64,000 bases of DNA, taken from the NCBI RefSeq assembly GCF_018977255.1, contig NW_024704742.1:84074001-84138000 (forward strand), in the 5' to 3' direction. The translations under genes and the position numbers were made by a program. Each line of letters opens with the position of its first letter. Positions within the stretch are counted from its first letter, which is position 1. The notes beneath the pieces are model-generated. The model searched no databases. It saw nothing but the letters and a program-made list of their open reading frames with translations, and was not told the origin of the DNA. The stretch comes from Callorhinchus milii. Taxonomy: Eukaryota. This document shows positions 49,853 to 62,055 of this stretch, piece after piece.

Positions 49853-50594
49853 TTTATTTATTGACTTCCTTTAACAGTGAGTTTCCCCATTGTACACAAA
49901 GAAAAATAGTGAGGCCAAGAGTGAAATCCTAGCTTTTTATTCAGATTGTGGTGCAATTGCTTGTTTCTAAGGTAGATCATTCACCAATCTCTTCAACTAG
50001 GTTTCATCATTTAATGGAAATTCTCCCCCTTAAAAGTGAGAGCAATGTATAACTTATCTCCTGATCTAGGCATGCAGATACTGTAGAATAGTATCACAGA
50101 CAATAGACAGACCTGACTTCTGCAGTGAAGGATAATGGTCAGCTAACCAGACCTGCTGTACGTCCCCCAAGCCCTACGTACCACCTTGTCGTTGTGTCTT
50201 CGATCATTATGCCCACTCACTCTCTCTGTCTTCTAATCCTTCTTAAAATATACCTCTTCGACTGTGCCTAGGGTCATCTTCTTCATTCCCCACACCCCCC
50301 CCCTCCCCATTCTCAGAGCTCGATGTCCAACTCTGCCACTGTAAAGCACTCAGAGATGCTATCTACGTGAAGGACACTATATATATATGCAAGTTGTCGT
50401 AATAGAACGGCATACCAAATAAATCTCATGATTGAATCTGTCAGTTTTCCGAAATTAAATAACTAAGCTGTCACAATCCTGCAATAATTTGAGATAAAAT
50501 CATGAAATGCAATTTCTCAAAATTAAAAAGTGCCTCGGTGTGTGATACCCTCACACCGAGGCTAAATGATGCAGCATTCATTCTCTGCTTTTCG

Positions 50595-51016
50595 TAAGGT
50601 ATCAGCCTGGCTGATGTGGCAGCACTCTCAGCTCTGAGTCGGAAGCTTGTGGGTTCAAGCCCCACATCAGGGTTTTTCACTCACAGTTCGGGCTGAGACA
50701 CCAACCCAAGGCTGTGGGAGCACTGCATTGTCGAAGATTCTGTCCTTTGGTTAAGATGTTAAACCAAGCCTGTTCTGCCTGTTCAGTTGGATGATAAAGA
50801 TTTTGTGGCACTATTCTGAAAAGAAAAAGGAGTTTCTCACGGTGTCCTTGCCAGCAGATAAATTTGGTCTTTTGTTGCTTTGGATAGGACATTGCTTTGT
50901 GCAAATTGCTTTCTCCTTTCACCTACAAAATACACAGCCACTACACTGAAAGTAAAGATCCTGTGAATGGCTTTGAGACATTTCAATGTCATGATTAGAT
51001 GCTACATAAAATGCAG
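50595..51016 (+). mobile_element. Full-length old DeuSINE-like SINE
   Basis: tRNA-like head (ggcagcactctcagctctgagtcggaagcttgtgggttcaagcccc), central gcactgcattgtcg...gatgttaaacc...aaagattttgtggcactattctgaaaagaaaaaggagtttctcacggtgtcc domain resembling shark/amniote DeuSINEs as I recall them, and an L2-type tail. Confidence 0.7.
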
Positions 51017-52954
51017 GAGACAGAGGGCTGGCTCAATTCTGATATTCCATTGCCAAACATGTCACCTTCCAGCCAGTTCAGCTCCAAAGAGACCCCACTT
51101 ACTCACTTACCCCCATGGAGGATAGTCAAGGAAGAACTGCAGCACACACTGTAAAATACACAGTGCTTCTTGAGTTGGCTTCTTTTTAAGCCTGTTCAGT
51201 ACACTCTCTTCTGTGAAGCAATTTTACATGGCCTTTGGAGCACTTCAAATACTTGAATGTGCTTTATCTACACTGTTTATTTAAATATGTAGCTGGTTTC
51301 CTGCAGCTAACAATGACTTTCCAAAGCTAGCCACTGGAAACTGTTGCGGTATGTTGGGAAGCTGAATCCAATTCAATAGTACATTGAAACTTACTAAATT
51401 TATGGCTTTTTGTAACAATTGTTTAAATTTGGACTAGAGACCTCTAATGGGACAATCTTCTTCCACTTTATATATTTAATATGCATTTGCTGCCTTTAAC
51501 AGCAGTGCCAATATTACAACAAACACTGCTCTGGTCACTTGAAAGCCATCTTTGCTGAGATACTAAAGACCCTTTTGGCCAAGAAGTGGAACTGTAGTAT
51601 AGCTCTCAAATGTGGGGTTCCGAATGGTCAGGATTTTCATAGGAAAAACAAACTAAAAAAAAATCTGAATAATAGCTGTTGGTTTCTTATAAAATCTACT
51701 CAAAATATGTAAAAGTCGAGTTTAGAATAAAAGGTCTAAAATGCTATGACCTATAAATGATTAGATTTAATAGTCATAAAAGTTGACTCAGTGTTGATTG
51801 TGCTAAGTTTGGAAGCAACGAGATTGTTTAAGTCCATTTCATTTTTGGCTAGAAAGTGATCCTAATGCTCAGCATTAATAAATCAATCCTTTGGGGCCCA
51901 TTCTCACCAGTTATCAGTCATATTATATCTGACTGGAACTGGGAATTTCTGTTCCTCTTCATTCTTAATCTCCCTTTTGCCTTTGACAGTTTACTACTCG
52001 GTTTGTTCCAATGGCACAACACAACATTCTCACAGTTTCATTCCTACATGTCCCTCTAGTGGCTTCCTATTCCATTCCACCGTTGCCTTGTGTACCCAAG
52101 TTTCTTGCTTGTGGGAAGTAGTTCAGTGCAAATTGTCTTCTGCGTTCACTCACAAACTACATGATCACTGCACTTTACAGTATTCCTTGTGCTATGTTTT
52201 GGGACTTTATCCTGAAGTGAAAGATACTATACAAAATGTAAGGATTGTTTATTATTTTACCCCCAGAGCTGTGACTTGGTCCTCTCCTGTTCAGCAACTT
52301 ACCCTTATCTATATACTGGCTCTTGGTGACTTCAGTGATGCAGTTATCTCTACGTACCTCTGCCACTGTCTTGTATTCCTGGACCTTTACTGTTCAACTT
52401 GATTGCATGTCTAACATCAAGTCCTGTATGAAACATAACTTTCTGCTGTTGAACATCAACAATACTGAATCTTGTTTGATTGTTGCCAGCAACTTCATGT
52501 ACCATCATGTCAATGGTCTAATTGACAGGAAACTGTGAGGATACATGTTTTCACTATTGTTTAAATAGGTTTTGGTGCAAGGATTTGACTCATTTAGATG
52601 GAACTTAAACAAATTCTTCAATGGGAATATTTTTCCAATCTAATTGATGTGAGTTTTCCAGGCTTCAGCGGTTTTTAATCCTTTACCAACCATGGTAAAA
52701 GGAAATGGTTGTACATGACAAGTTAACCTTTGACTTAATTTATTTACTGAATTCAGTTTTGTTACTGGTCAATCCATTTCATAAGCATTTTGTTTCTGGC
52801 CTGTTCATTCAAAGTTCTGATATTGACTACCTGGGATAACATGTAGCTCAACTAATTTGACACGAGATGTAGGACCAAATAAGTCCTCGGTTTGAATCCA
52901 TATCAATCACATGCGCAAGTTCTCTCTTCTTCCTGCTGAATATGCACCACCACC

Positions 52955-54352
52955 ACAACAACAACAACAAAATTTCATTTGTAAAGCGCCTTTCACGTCA
53001 GGAGGATGCTACAAGGTCTGCTGGACAGACAGAATTACGGACCCGGGGTGGGGGAGGGGGGAGGGTAAGGGGGGAAGCACAGCTGAAGAGGAGGGTCTTG
53101 AGGTGGGCCTTGAAGGTGGCGAGGGAGGGGGAGAGCTGGAGGGACTGCGGGATGGAGTTCCAGAGGGCGGGTGCAGAATGGCCAACAGCCCACCCGCCAA
53201 TAGTGGGGCGAGCAAGGCGGGCGATGTGAAGCAGGTCGGAGCCCGCTGAGTGGAGGGAGTGAACAGGATGGCAGGGGTTAGTAGGTCGGAGAAGTAGGAG
53301 GAAGCAAAACTGTGGAGAGCTTTGAAGGTGAGGACCAGGATCTTGAACTGTATCCTCTACGTGATGGGAAGCCAGTGGAGACGGGCGAGGATTCGGGTGA
53401 TAGGGTCACGGAGCCTGGTGCGGGAGAGGACATGGGCTGCAGAGTTCTGGATGATCTGCAGCCTATGGAGGGAGGAGTTGAGGAGGCCGACAAGCAGAGA
53501 GTTTGCATAGTCAAGCCTTGATGTAAAGAAAGCATGTATAAGGGTTTCGGCGGCCTGCAGTGTGAGACAGTGGCAGAGCCGGGCGATGTTGCGGAGGTTG
53601 GGGAAGGCAGAACGGGTCATGGCACAGATGTGGGGTAGAAAGGATAGTTGCGGGTCAAGCAAGACCCCCAAGGTTCCGGACTGGCTTAGTAAGGTGGAGT
53701 GTGCAACCGTGGATGGTGATGCTATCAGCGCCTGAGGTGAGAAGATGCTGACGGGAGCCAATCAGGAGAGCCTCGGTCTTGTTGACGTTCAACTGAAGAA
53801 AGTTAGCTCTCATCCAGGACTTGATGTCTGACAGACATTCTGTCAGGACAGCAGTGATCCTGGAGTCAAGGCTGGAAGCAAGAGATAGAGTTGGGTGTCA
53901 TCCGCATAAATGTGTAAGTGACCCCATGTCTGTGGATGATGTCACCAAGAGGGAGCATATAGATGTTGAAGAGGAGGGGACCAAGGACAGAGCCCTGAGG
54001 AACACTTACCTGGTCCAGGGGCTAGAGGAGAAACCGTTTAAGGAGATGAAGTGCAGGCAATGTGAGAGGTACGATCTGAACCAGTCAAGGACAACGCCGT
54101 GGAGGTGAGAGAAGAGGGTGGATGAGGATAGAGTGGTCAATGGTGTTGATAGCAGCAGAGAGGTCAAGGAAGACGAGGTGGCAGAAGGAGCCCTGGTCGC
54201 AGGTGGACAGAATGTCATTTGTCACTTTGATTTCTGCGCTGTGGGAGGCATGGAAGCCCAATTGGAGGGGTTCGAGAAGGGAGTGGGAAGCAACAACTCA
54301 TTCCAGGACCTTGGAGAGGAAGGGGAGGTTGGAGATGGGACGGTGGTTAGGG
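52955..54352 (-). mobile_element. L2 RT region plus 3' end
   Basis: (CAA)n tail near 52955-52970; minus strand NHRPISNLPFLSK, LDWFRSYL, YADDTQ-like, HAFFTSRLDYANSLL. Confidence 0.93.
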
Positions 54353-54814
54353 AGCCGGATGGAAGATTCACAGGCTGGAGCTGAGGGAGGCTGTAGGACG
54401 GTCGAGCAGGGATAGGAGTCAGGGAGGGCGGTGGCAGAGGAGGACTGAGCGGGAGTAAGTGAGGGGAGAGGGGTGGGGACATTATGGGGAAGCAGTTCGG
54501 GTTGGTGGCAGCAGCCAAAACACGCACCCCAAGACTAAAAGCAAACGGTGGGGGTGGGGAGGGGAGAGGGGCAGTCAGCGAGACATGGTTAGCCCACTGG
54601 TGAGAGTCATCATGAGCAGTGGGGACAATGTTATAGTCAGGACAGTAACTGATGTCATCATTGCCAGCAAGCTTTGGGGGCTGGGGCTGTAGTATTACCT
54701 TCAGTCCTTGTCCGGTGGAGAATCCAATATGTACACTAATTATGACGGCCCCTCCCATTGTGAATATAAAACAGTACAAATCGTTTGTGTGTGGGCCGGG
54801 GGGCATGTCTGATA

Positions 54815-55370
54815 TCACTGCAACATCCTCCTCCATCACCTCTCCTCTCACCTCAACCTTCATGATCCTGTCCTTGACAGGTACAGGTCCTACCTTTTAG
54901 ACCATCTCCACTTTGTCTCCACAATCGGCTTCTCCTCCAGCCCCTACACAGACTCGTGCTACGTTCCTCAGGACTCTGACCTTAGTCCCCTCCTCTTCAA
55001 CCTGTACATGCTCCCTCTTAGTGATATCATTCGCAGACATGGGGTCAACTTCCACACGTATGTGGATGACACCCAACTCTATCTCTCTGCCTCCACTGGC
55101 AATCGGGCCTTCACTTTCTCTGCCCCCACCCTTTGGAACTTCATTCCACAGTCACTTCACCTCACACCCACCCCACACCCCTTATATCCTTCAAGGCACT
55201 TCTCAACACCCTATTTGACCATGTCTTCAGTCACCCTCCTACCCCTACCCTCTCAGCACTCCACCCACCTTGATCTCAACCCCCAGCTCAGGTTCAAATC
55301 TCTGACTGTCCAGCGCCCTGTAACGTCCTCCCGAAGTGAAAAGCGCTTTACAAATGTAATTTATTGTTGA
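54815..55370 (+). mobile_element. Internally deleted L2 fragment
   Basis: MLPLSDIIRRHGVNFHTYVDDTQLYLS jumps directly to RAFTFSAPTLWNFIP and the 3' tail. Confidence 0.85.
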
Positions 55371-55547
55371 AGTCGATATATGCATCATCTGTGTTGTTAG
55401 GTGGGATTTTATTGTGATTTTAGGTTTGCAATTAAGTTGTTACTTTTTATTTATCTGAGGAGAATCCCCCACAAAACACAGTCACACCCTTATAGTATAT
55501 CCTGTGAGTCTGTTTAAGATGTCTCAAAGACGTGATATGACGGTATA

Positions 55548-55836
55548 TAATAATAATAATCCTTGCATTCGATGTAGCACTTTTCACGTCTTCGAGACCT
55601 TTCAAAGTGCTTCACAGAATATACTGTAAAGTGAATTAACCGTATATTTGTGGGCAAAACGCAGCAGCCAATTGCACACACCAGTGTCCCACAAACAGTT
55701 GTGGATTGAAAATGACCAATTTATTATTGTTTTGTTTTGGAGGGATTATTATTAGGCGTGTGGAGTAAGGAAACTTGTCCAAGGTTTTGCTCTGCCGGGA
55801 ATTGAACCCAGGTGTCTCGCTGAGCTACAGGACTCC
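55548..55836 (-). mobile_element. Young tRNA-SINE with a deletion in the head, nested in an older sense-strand SINE tail
   Basis: Head ends at 55836; host tail at 55490-55547 and 55837-55869. Confidence 0.85.
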
Positions 55837-56055
55837 ACGATATCCATATCAAATGTAAGGATTATTATTGTTATTTTATTTGTGCGTTTTGATACATAAT
55901 AATCCTTACATTGACTGTTGAGAAATTTGAAGTTTCTTGTGCAATTTTTGTAGGCCAATAAAGTGAATAAGAATGTATTTTTGAAAAAAAATAAATCTGA
56001 TTGAGCTGTTTCAGTGTTTTGGATAAATTCCTAAGTGTGTGTGTTTTTTTTTCAG

Positions 56056-56354
56056 GTGCATTCATCGTGTGCTGGACTCCAGGCTTGGTTTTGCTGTTAC
56101 TGGATGTCTTTTGCTCTAACTGCAACGTCCTGGCTTTTGAGAAGTTCTTCCTCCTGTTGGCCGAGTTCAATTCCGCAATGAATCCCATCATCTACTCCTA
56201 CCGTGACAAGGAGATGAGTGCCACTTTCAAACAGATCATGTGTTGTCAGCGGAACGAGAATAGCAATGGGGCAGCAGAGGGCTCTGACCGCTCTGCTTCC
56301 TCGGTCAATCACACCATCCTTGCTGGGATACACAATGACCATTCAATGGTATAA
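56056..56354 (+). CDS. LPAR1: LPAR1 terminal coding exon (rest of TM6, TM7, C-tail)
   Basis: Acceptor TTTTTTTTTCAG|GT at 56055/56056. Reads (G)AFIVCWTPGLVLLLLDVFCSNCNVLAFEKFFLLLAEFNSAMNPIIYSYRDKEMSATF...HNDHSMV* with CWxP and NPxxY motifs, and the phase matches the upstream exon. Joined CDS is 739+299=1038 nt, i.e. 345 aa plus stop. Confidence 0.98.
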
Positions 56355-59230
56355 CTAGAACAGGAGTAGCAGCTGTCCAGCTGTCCAGACCAAGACTCAA
56401 GGGGACAGCCAGATGTGAATCAGCTGTGGAGTAGTGCATGGAACACTGAACATTAAGTAAATGTGAAGAGCTATTCACATTCTAAGACTGAGCTAAGACA
56501 TCCTTGAAAAATACTTCCGTCTTAACAGGACCAAGTGTAACACTTTCTGTTACAATACCAGTCGATGTCTTAGGTTCTTAATGTTGTTATTACCTGCTAA
56601 ACCGCATATAGCTGTAGAAATTATGCCTTTAAAAAGAATAATAAACACATTTATCCACACCATCAGCATGCTTGTGATGGACTTTTACCTAGCAGACAGA
56701 TTCAACCTTTTAAAGCATATAAGTTGTGAAGTTTTCCTATGAAGTTTGAAGCTCTAAAGGAATTGCTAACTTATTTTGGGATATACCTGGACAATATATA
56801 GATCCATATAAGTCACTTGCAGAATTGGGACAGTTTGTTTAATGAAACAAGATGCACCTAATTGGATCCCAATTCATTTAACTTAATTCCAGTTTGGGAT
56901 TCACCGTTTGGGGACCTTCACTATACTTGACGGAGAAGATGTTGTGAATCACTGTCTGGTAATGGTACTTGTGCATTTTGTGAGGTAGTCTCTATCAATA
57001 AAAGCCATTCTAAATGCATGCCCATTGTTGCAAACAAGGTTAACAGCAATATTATAATGTTTAAATTGCTGCTAATTTCACACTGCATTATCACATTGCT
57101 GTTTTGCCGCTTTCAAACACAAGTTCATAATGTTGAAACATAGTTTTAATATAATTAGGTGAGCCAACAAATCCGCTTTATTTAATGAGCTCTAACCTTC
57201 TGTAACCACATTACATGATGTGGCAATATTATCTGATTTGTGATATCGGAGTATGAATGTCACATTTGAACTTCAAGCTTAGAAACTTTGCTTCGAAAAT
57301 CTAGGCAAACTAGTTGGCTTATGTGCTTTTCAAAAAAAGTTAGTTTTTAAAAGGCTTGTTTTTTTGTTAATCGAACAGTCTTGCATGCACAGTGTATATT
57401 ATGTGTTCCTTATGGCCAAAGTACTGTATGTATGTACTAGCTGTTGCATTTAGCGAGCCCTTCAGAGTCTGTACTTACTAATAGTAAGGCAATGCCAATG
57501 ATTATTTGGGTGATATTGTGATTTATAGACTGTTGTGTTGGATGTTGATCCACTGTATGTAGGAGATCATGCTCTGAAGCTCTTTAACGAATTGTAAAAA
57601 TTCCTAGTAGCCAAATGGAGTCTCCTTAAATAATGAGTGGCATATATTAAAGGTGTGACCTGGGAAACAGTAATGACCCAAATGCAACCCTGTACTTTTG
57701 AATCAACCCACTGCTTATGTGGGAAGAAAATGTCTCTCAACAGTTGATGAATTTTCTTTTCATTCAGATTGTGGAATGATTGGTTTAAAAAAAATTCAAA
57801 TTCTGTGCTGATTTTATATATATATATATATATATATGAAAATCGACTCTGAAGGGTTTAGTTCAGTGGTCCAGAGAGGGAATTTTTAAACTTTCGTTGA
57901 AGGGATTGTAAGTCAAGAGGAAGTTTGTTTCCAAAGTACCTGAATTGTTGATGCTATAAGCAGATTTTTGAAATGTTAGATTTTGATAAATTCATACTGT
58001 ATATGTGCATTATTGGACCATTACTCTAGTTTATAAAGTGTAGTGGCAACAATAAAGTAATGTGTATTAGCAATAGTTAATGCACCGGGAATGGAAGTGT
58101 TGGATATACAATTCTCTTCCAAAGTTTTTAATACTTAACTATTGTGTATATTTCATGGATTAGGTACAATTTGTAGATTTTTTTAAATTGGCATTCTTTT
58201 TAAAATGCGTCGACCCTATGTTTATTGTTCAAAGCAGCATCTCGTAATTTGTCAGATTCAACAATGTTTTATTTCCAGGTAAGACTTATTACTAGCCAGG
58301 TAAATGTTCTGCCACGAAGTGCACATGCAGTTCATGGAGTGACCTGTGCACCAGTAGGGCAAATTTTCACTATAAGCAGTGATCACTGTTCACCACTGCA
58401 GGATATAATTACAATGTTAATGCATCTACTTTGTAGCAGCACACAGCTCCATTGTACAGCTTGTGTAACTAGTAGTTTTTGTTTGTATTAGCAAATGCTA
58501 CTGTGACAGATATTTCAACCCCAATTTTATACAAGTCCATATTGTGGTCAATACTTAACCTTTAACTCAACCTGAATCGCTTTTTCATTCTTGCGTCTAA
58601 ATAAGCTAAATCAAAAGCCTCATTTTACACATCGCCCAGTAACATCCACTTGTGGGTAAGTGAATAATAGCAGGCGGGTTAAACTGGTCCCAACTAGAAG
58701 TGAATGTTGGACAGAGGAGAGAAAAGGGGTTACAAGTGTGAGGATTCTTCAGTTTCAATAAAACTTCCTATGATAGTGCCAACTGGGCTTGGGATGTGGG
58801 GGTGGGGAAGAGGGGAAGAAATTGGAGAGAAGATGGAGCATCCACTTAATCCTTTGAACCATTGCAAAATAAGATTTTTTTTCCATTCATGACAGCCTTC
58901 CACTGTTAAGTCATTCCATAATGTAACTTCTGTAGCTGTATTCGCAAAAAAATCTTTTTATGACTAATAGCAACCTGTAAATTAAGTTAGTTAAACAAAG
59001 TATGATATTAATGATACCCAAGAGTTTCAGCTTCTCATAACACTAATGATGTTTTCACAGATGTATTCACAGATAATTGAGTGAAAATGTAAGAAAATCA
59101 GTCTTAAAAAATATTCTAAACATATGGATCAGCTCTACATAAATTGATATCATTTTTAACTTCCCATTGTTGTTTTCTTCTGTGTTTTTTTATATAAAAA
59201 AATAAAAGTCCTTGTTTTGGATACAAAATG
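56355..59230 (+). other. LPAR1: Probable LPAR1 3' UTR with candidate polyA signals
   Basis: AT-rich stretch after the stop that lacks the window's common SINE/LINE tails. AATAAA at 56997, 58051, 58757 and 59201. The true 3' end cannot be determined from sequence. Confidence 0.55.
57815..57837. repeat. (TA)n microsatellite in the putative 3' UTR
   Basis: Directly visible; other simple repeats are (CT)n at about 347-365, (GT)n at 10783-10804 and (GA)n at 19540-19565. Confidence 0.9.
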
Positions 59231-60194
59231 TTTAGAAATAATTTATTTGCATTGCACAGTGACCTGCAGCATCTTAGCCTGCGTTTGTCAAGTCATCACT
59301 GCACAACATCGCTAATTGGTGCTATGAGGTTCTGTAAAAAATTTTAGTAGAACACTGAAGAGTTAAGTGTTTTTCCCAACAGCAAGGCACCAGGACCTCA
59401 TCCCCTTTTCTCACTAATTCTTTATGAATCCCAGTCTGCCTTGATCCAACATCTGAAGAGACGAGACTGAAGGAAGGGACTTCTGATACTCTTTCAGCAG
59501 ATATGAATGAGCTAGCATTAACGCTGTTTTCAAACCTCTTCATAGTTATGCACAACAGGTATCCTAGAAACTGCAAGGTATCTCAAGCAATTATTAAAGG
59601 AGATCCTGGTCTCTAGTGGGGGAGAGGGTTCTTTGTGGGTTCTACAAAGAAACTGCACCATGCACAGGTCTGGTGTTTCTTTGCTGATAACTATTTGGTC
59701 AATTTTATGAAGTTGAACCCACAAAGCAGAGCTCACATAAATGCCAATAATAACAAGACCAGACAGTCAAAAATGAGTTCTCCACAAATAAGGATCAGAC
59801 CATCCTTTCATTGATGGAAAGTGGGGAGGGCGGGGTTTAAGAGAAACAGAGCAGACATAGTTGTCATGTGGGGGCGAGACATAATCAGTCAGAATAAAGA
59901 AACCTTACAGACCAATCCCTACTTCACATTATGCAATAAACCTGGCTGGTTTAGCATGTTTGTTATGGAGACCGCTAAAGAGGTATTGCAAACAGGAATG
60001 AGATGTTGGTTAACAAGAACTGGATTTTATGGCTCAGAAGAAGAATCCAGACTTTGGAAGCACCAACAATAGATTCAACAGTCATCCTGCTTATCATCAA
60101 CCAGACTCTTTACAGCCTGTGGCATTATGAATTATACCTTACTGCAGCATGCACTAAGTGTCAGCCAACATTGAGACTTTTAACATATAGTCTT

Positions 60195-60538
60195 GGTTGT
60201 TGCTCCAGTGCAGCGCTGAGGCATTGGCAAAGGTGTCGTTCTTGAGATGAGATATTAACCAGAGACCTTGTCTGCCTATTCAAGTGGACAAAATTCCTGT
60301 GGCACTGTTCAAAAAGAGAAAGGAGTTTCTTCCAATGCCCTAGCCAATATCTTCCCCCCACCCACCACTACACACACAAAAAAATGGTGACTCACTTCAC
60401 GGCTTGTGGGATGTTGCTGGGTGCAAATTGGGTGCTGCGTTCATCTACAAAACACGTAGTTTATAGTACATTCTGTGAAGCGTCTCAAGATGTCACCCCC
60501 ACCATGAAAGGCTCTTTATCAAATGTAAGGATTATTAC
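60195..60538 (+). mobile_element. Old DeuSINE-like element
   Basis: gtggcactgttcaaaaagagaaaggagtttcttccaatgccctagccaatat...gtgggatgttgctgggtgcaaattgg...aaatgtaaggattattac. Confidence 0.7.
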
Positions 60539-61129
60539 TTTCCTGCTGACTGCAGGGATCTCCAGACGAGCCCATTCCCAAGGATGATTTCTGCAGAAAT
60601 CCTTCTCTAACACTAGAGGGTGATGTAGATGCAGGGACGCAGCCAAAAGAGCATCCTGTTCCCCAGAGCCAACCAGTGGTAAAACGTTACCATCTCCCTT
60701 CTGGCCGACCTTGACCGCAGTGGGGTTGTGATCAGGATGAGAATATTGCTCGCACTCTTCACAGTCCTACTTAGGCCTGACTCTTACCCCCTCCCCAAGT
60801 CTATTTAGTTATGAATGGTCTCACCTGCACCCAAGTAAAGGAACAATTGCTCAAACAATACAATACACGAGCATGCCAATGTCAACATACAAACTCCATA
60901 TTGATAAAATCTACCAAATCCCTTTGCCTGAATTGTTCTGAAAACCTTGCTCTGTTGAAGGAGTTTTTTCCCTCCTCAGATCCTGATCTAGACCCACAGA
61001 AATGATTGTCAAGTTTGGAGTGCATCTTTCTTGGTCACCCGGCGAGACTTTGTGCCCTCATACCTGTATGTGGATCCAAGACCTTCTAAATAGTCTACTT
61101 TCCTATTGCGGACCTTTCTAGAGAAACAA

Positions 61130-61325
61130 GCAGCTGGACGCTTACCAGGTATATGGTGGTTTTAACTGGTTAAACACCAACAGTACCTCAACACACACCC
61201 TGGTGTCCCCAGGAGTGCATTCCATCCCAGACACAATTTCCATGTGTAGGTTGATTGTATACATGAAACTATCAGTCTGCTTTGGATACTCTTTAGCATG
61301 ATGATGGGCTTCAGCATGTGTCAGG
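61130..61325 (+). repeat. Family U, degraded copy
   Basis: ggttttaactggtta...cattccatcccagac...ccatgtgtagg...ggatactctttagcatgatgatggg...catgtgtcag. Confidence 0.7.
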
Positions 61326-61669
61326 AAATAGTTTTGTTTGGGTGGCAGGGAGTGATCTTGGTGCTGTGAGAATCTGAGAATATTAACTATTATATACTGT
61401 GTTATATTACATACTGCGAGGGAGACTGAGACACTGCATGGTCTGAAAATAATACTGCATGTGTCAACACAGAGTCTCGGGCCTCACCTGCTGCTGTGAA
61501 TGCCAGCTGCAAAGGTGATAGGTGAAAAAGTGAAGGTGAAAGAGGAGAGTGCGAGAGAGAGGAATGTGAACATGACATGAAAGAGGTGACAAAAAAGGAG
61601 ACTAACGGGAGAAAGTGCCTTTCTAGTTGCCTTTCCATTATTGCCTGCTGAAGGATTTCAGCAAACTGA

Positions 61670-62055
61670 TGAGGTTTGTATTAATCTGCATGCGGTTGGG
61701 AGTGCAGCTGGATGCTAATTGGGCTTAGATTCCCCTGTGTTATAGAGGGGAAAGTGAGCTAGTGTTCCTCTTGAGTTATCCAGAGAGCGCTGCTGGAGGT
61801 TGTATGTGTGTGGCCTTCAGACTATAGACTTGCCTGTGTTTCCGCAATGCCAAATATTCTGTCAATATTCTCATTCAAGACTTACACGTGAAAAAAGGTT
61901 ACTTGGGCAAGTACCAAAGGGCACTGGTGGAGTTATTTTAAGCGCTTTGTGATGGCCTCTCGATGTGAAAGGTGCCATATATATGTAATTTGTATTCCAT
62001 TGTGTTTCACAGGAGTGGCACCTTTGGGAGAGAAAAATGTGTGGGGATAAAATTG
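61670..62055 (+). mobile_element. Family B fragment containing a short L2-type tail (about 61940-61992)
   Basis: ctaattgggcttag...cacgtgaaaaaaggttacttgggcaagtacc...caggagtggcacctttgggagagaaaa. Confidence 0.55.

Larger units (their letters stand above)
11911..56055 (+). other. LPAR1: LPAR1 intron (44,145 bp, GT-AG, phase 1, within TM6)
   Basis: GTAAGT donor and TTTCAG acceptor. The TM6 intron position is characteristic of the EDG-type LPAR1-3 genes. Confidence 0.95.

Noticed and set aside
56001..56055. N-terminal part (MSCFSVLDK...) of ORF 56001-56354
   Set aside because: Intronic branch and polypyrimidine region with a non-ATG start; the exon begins at 56056.
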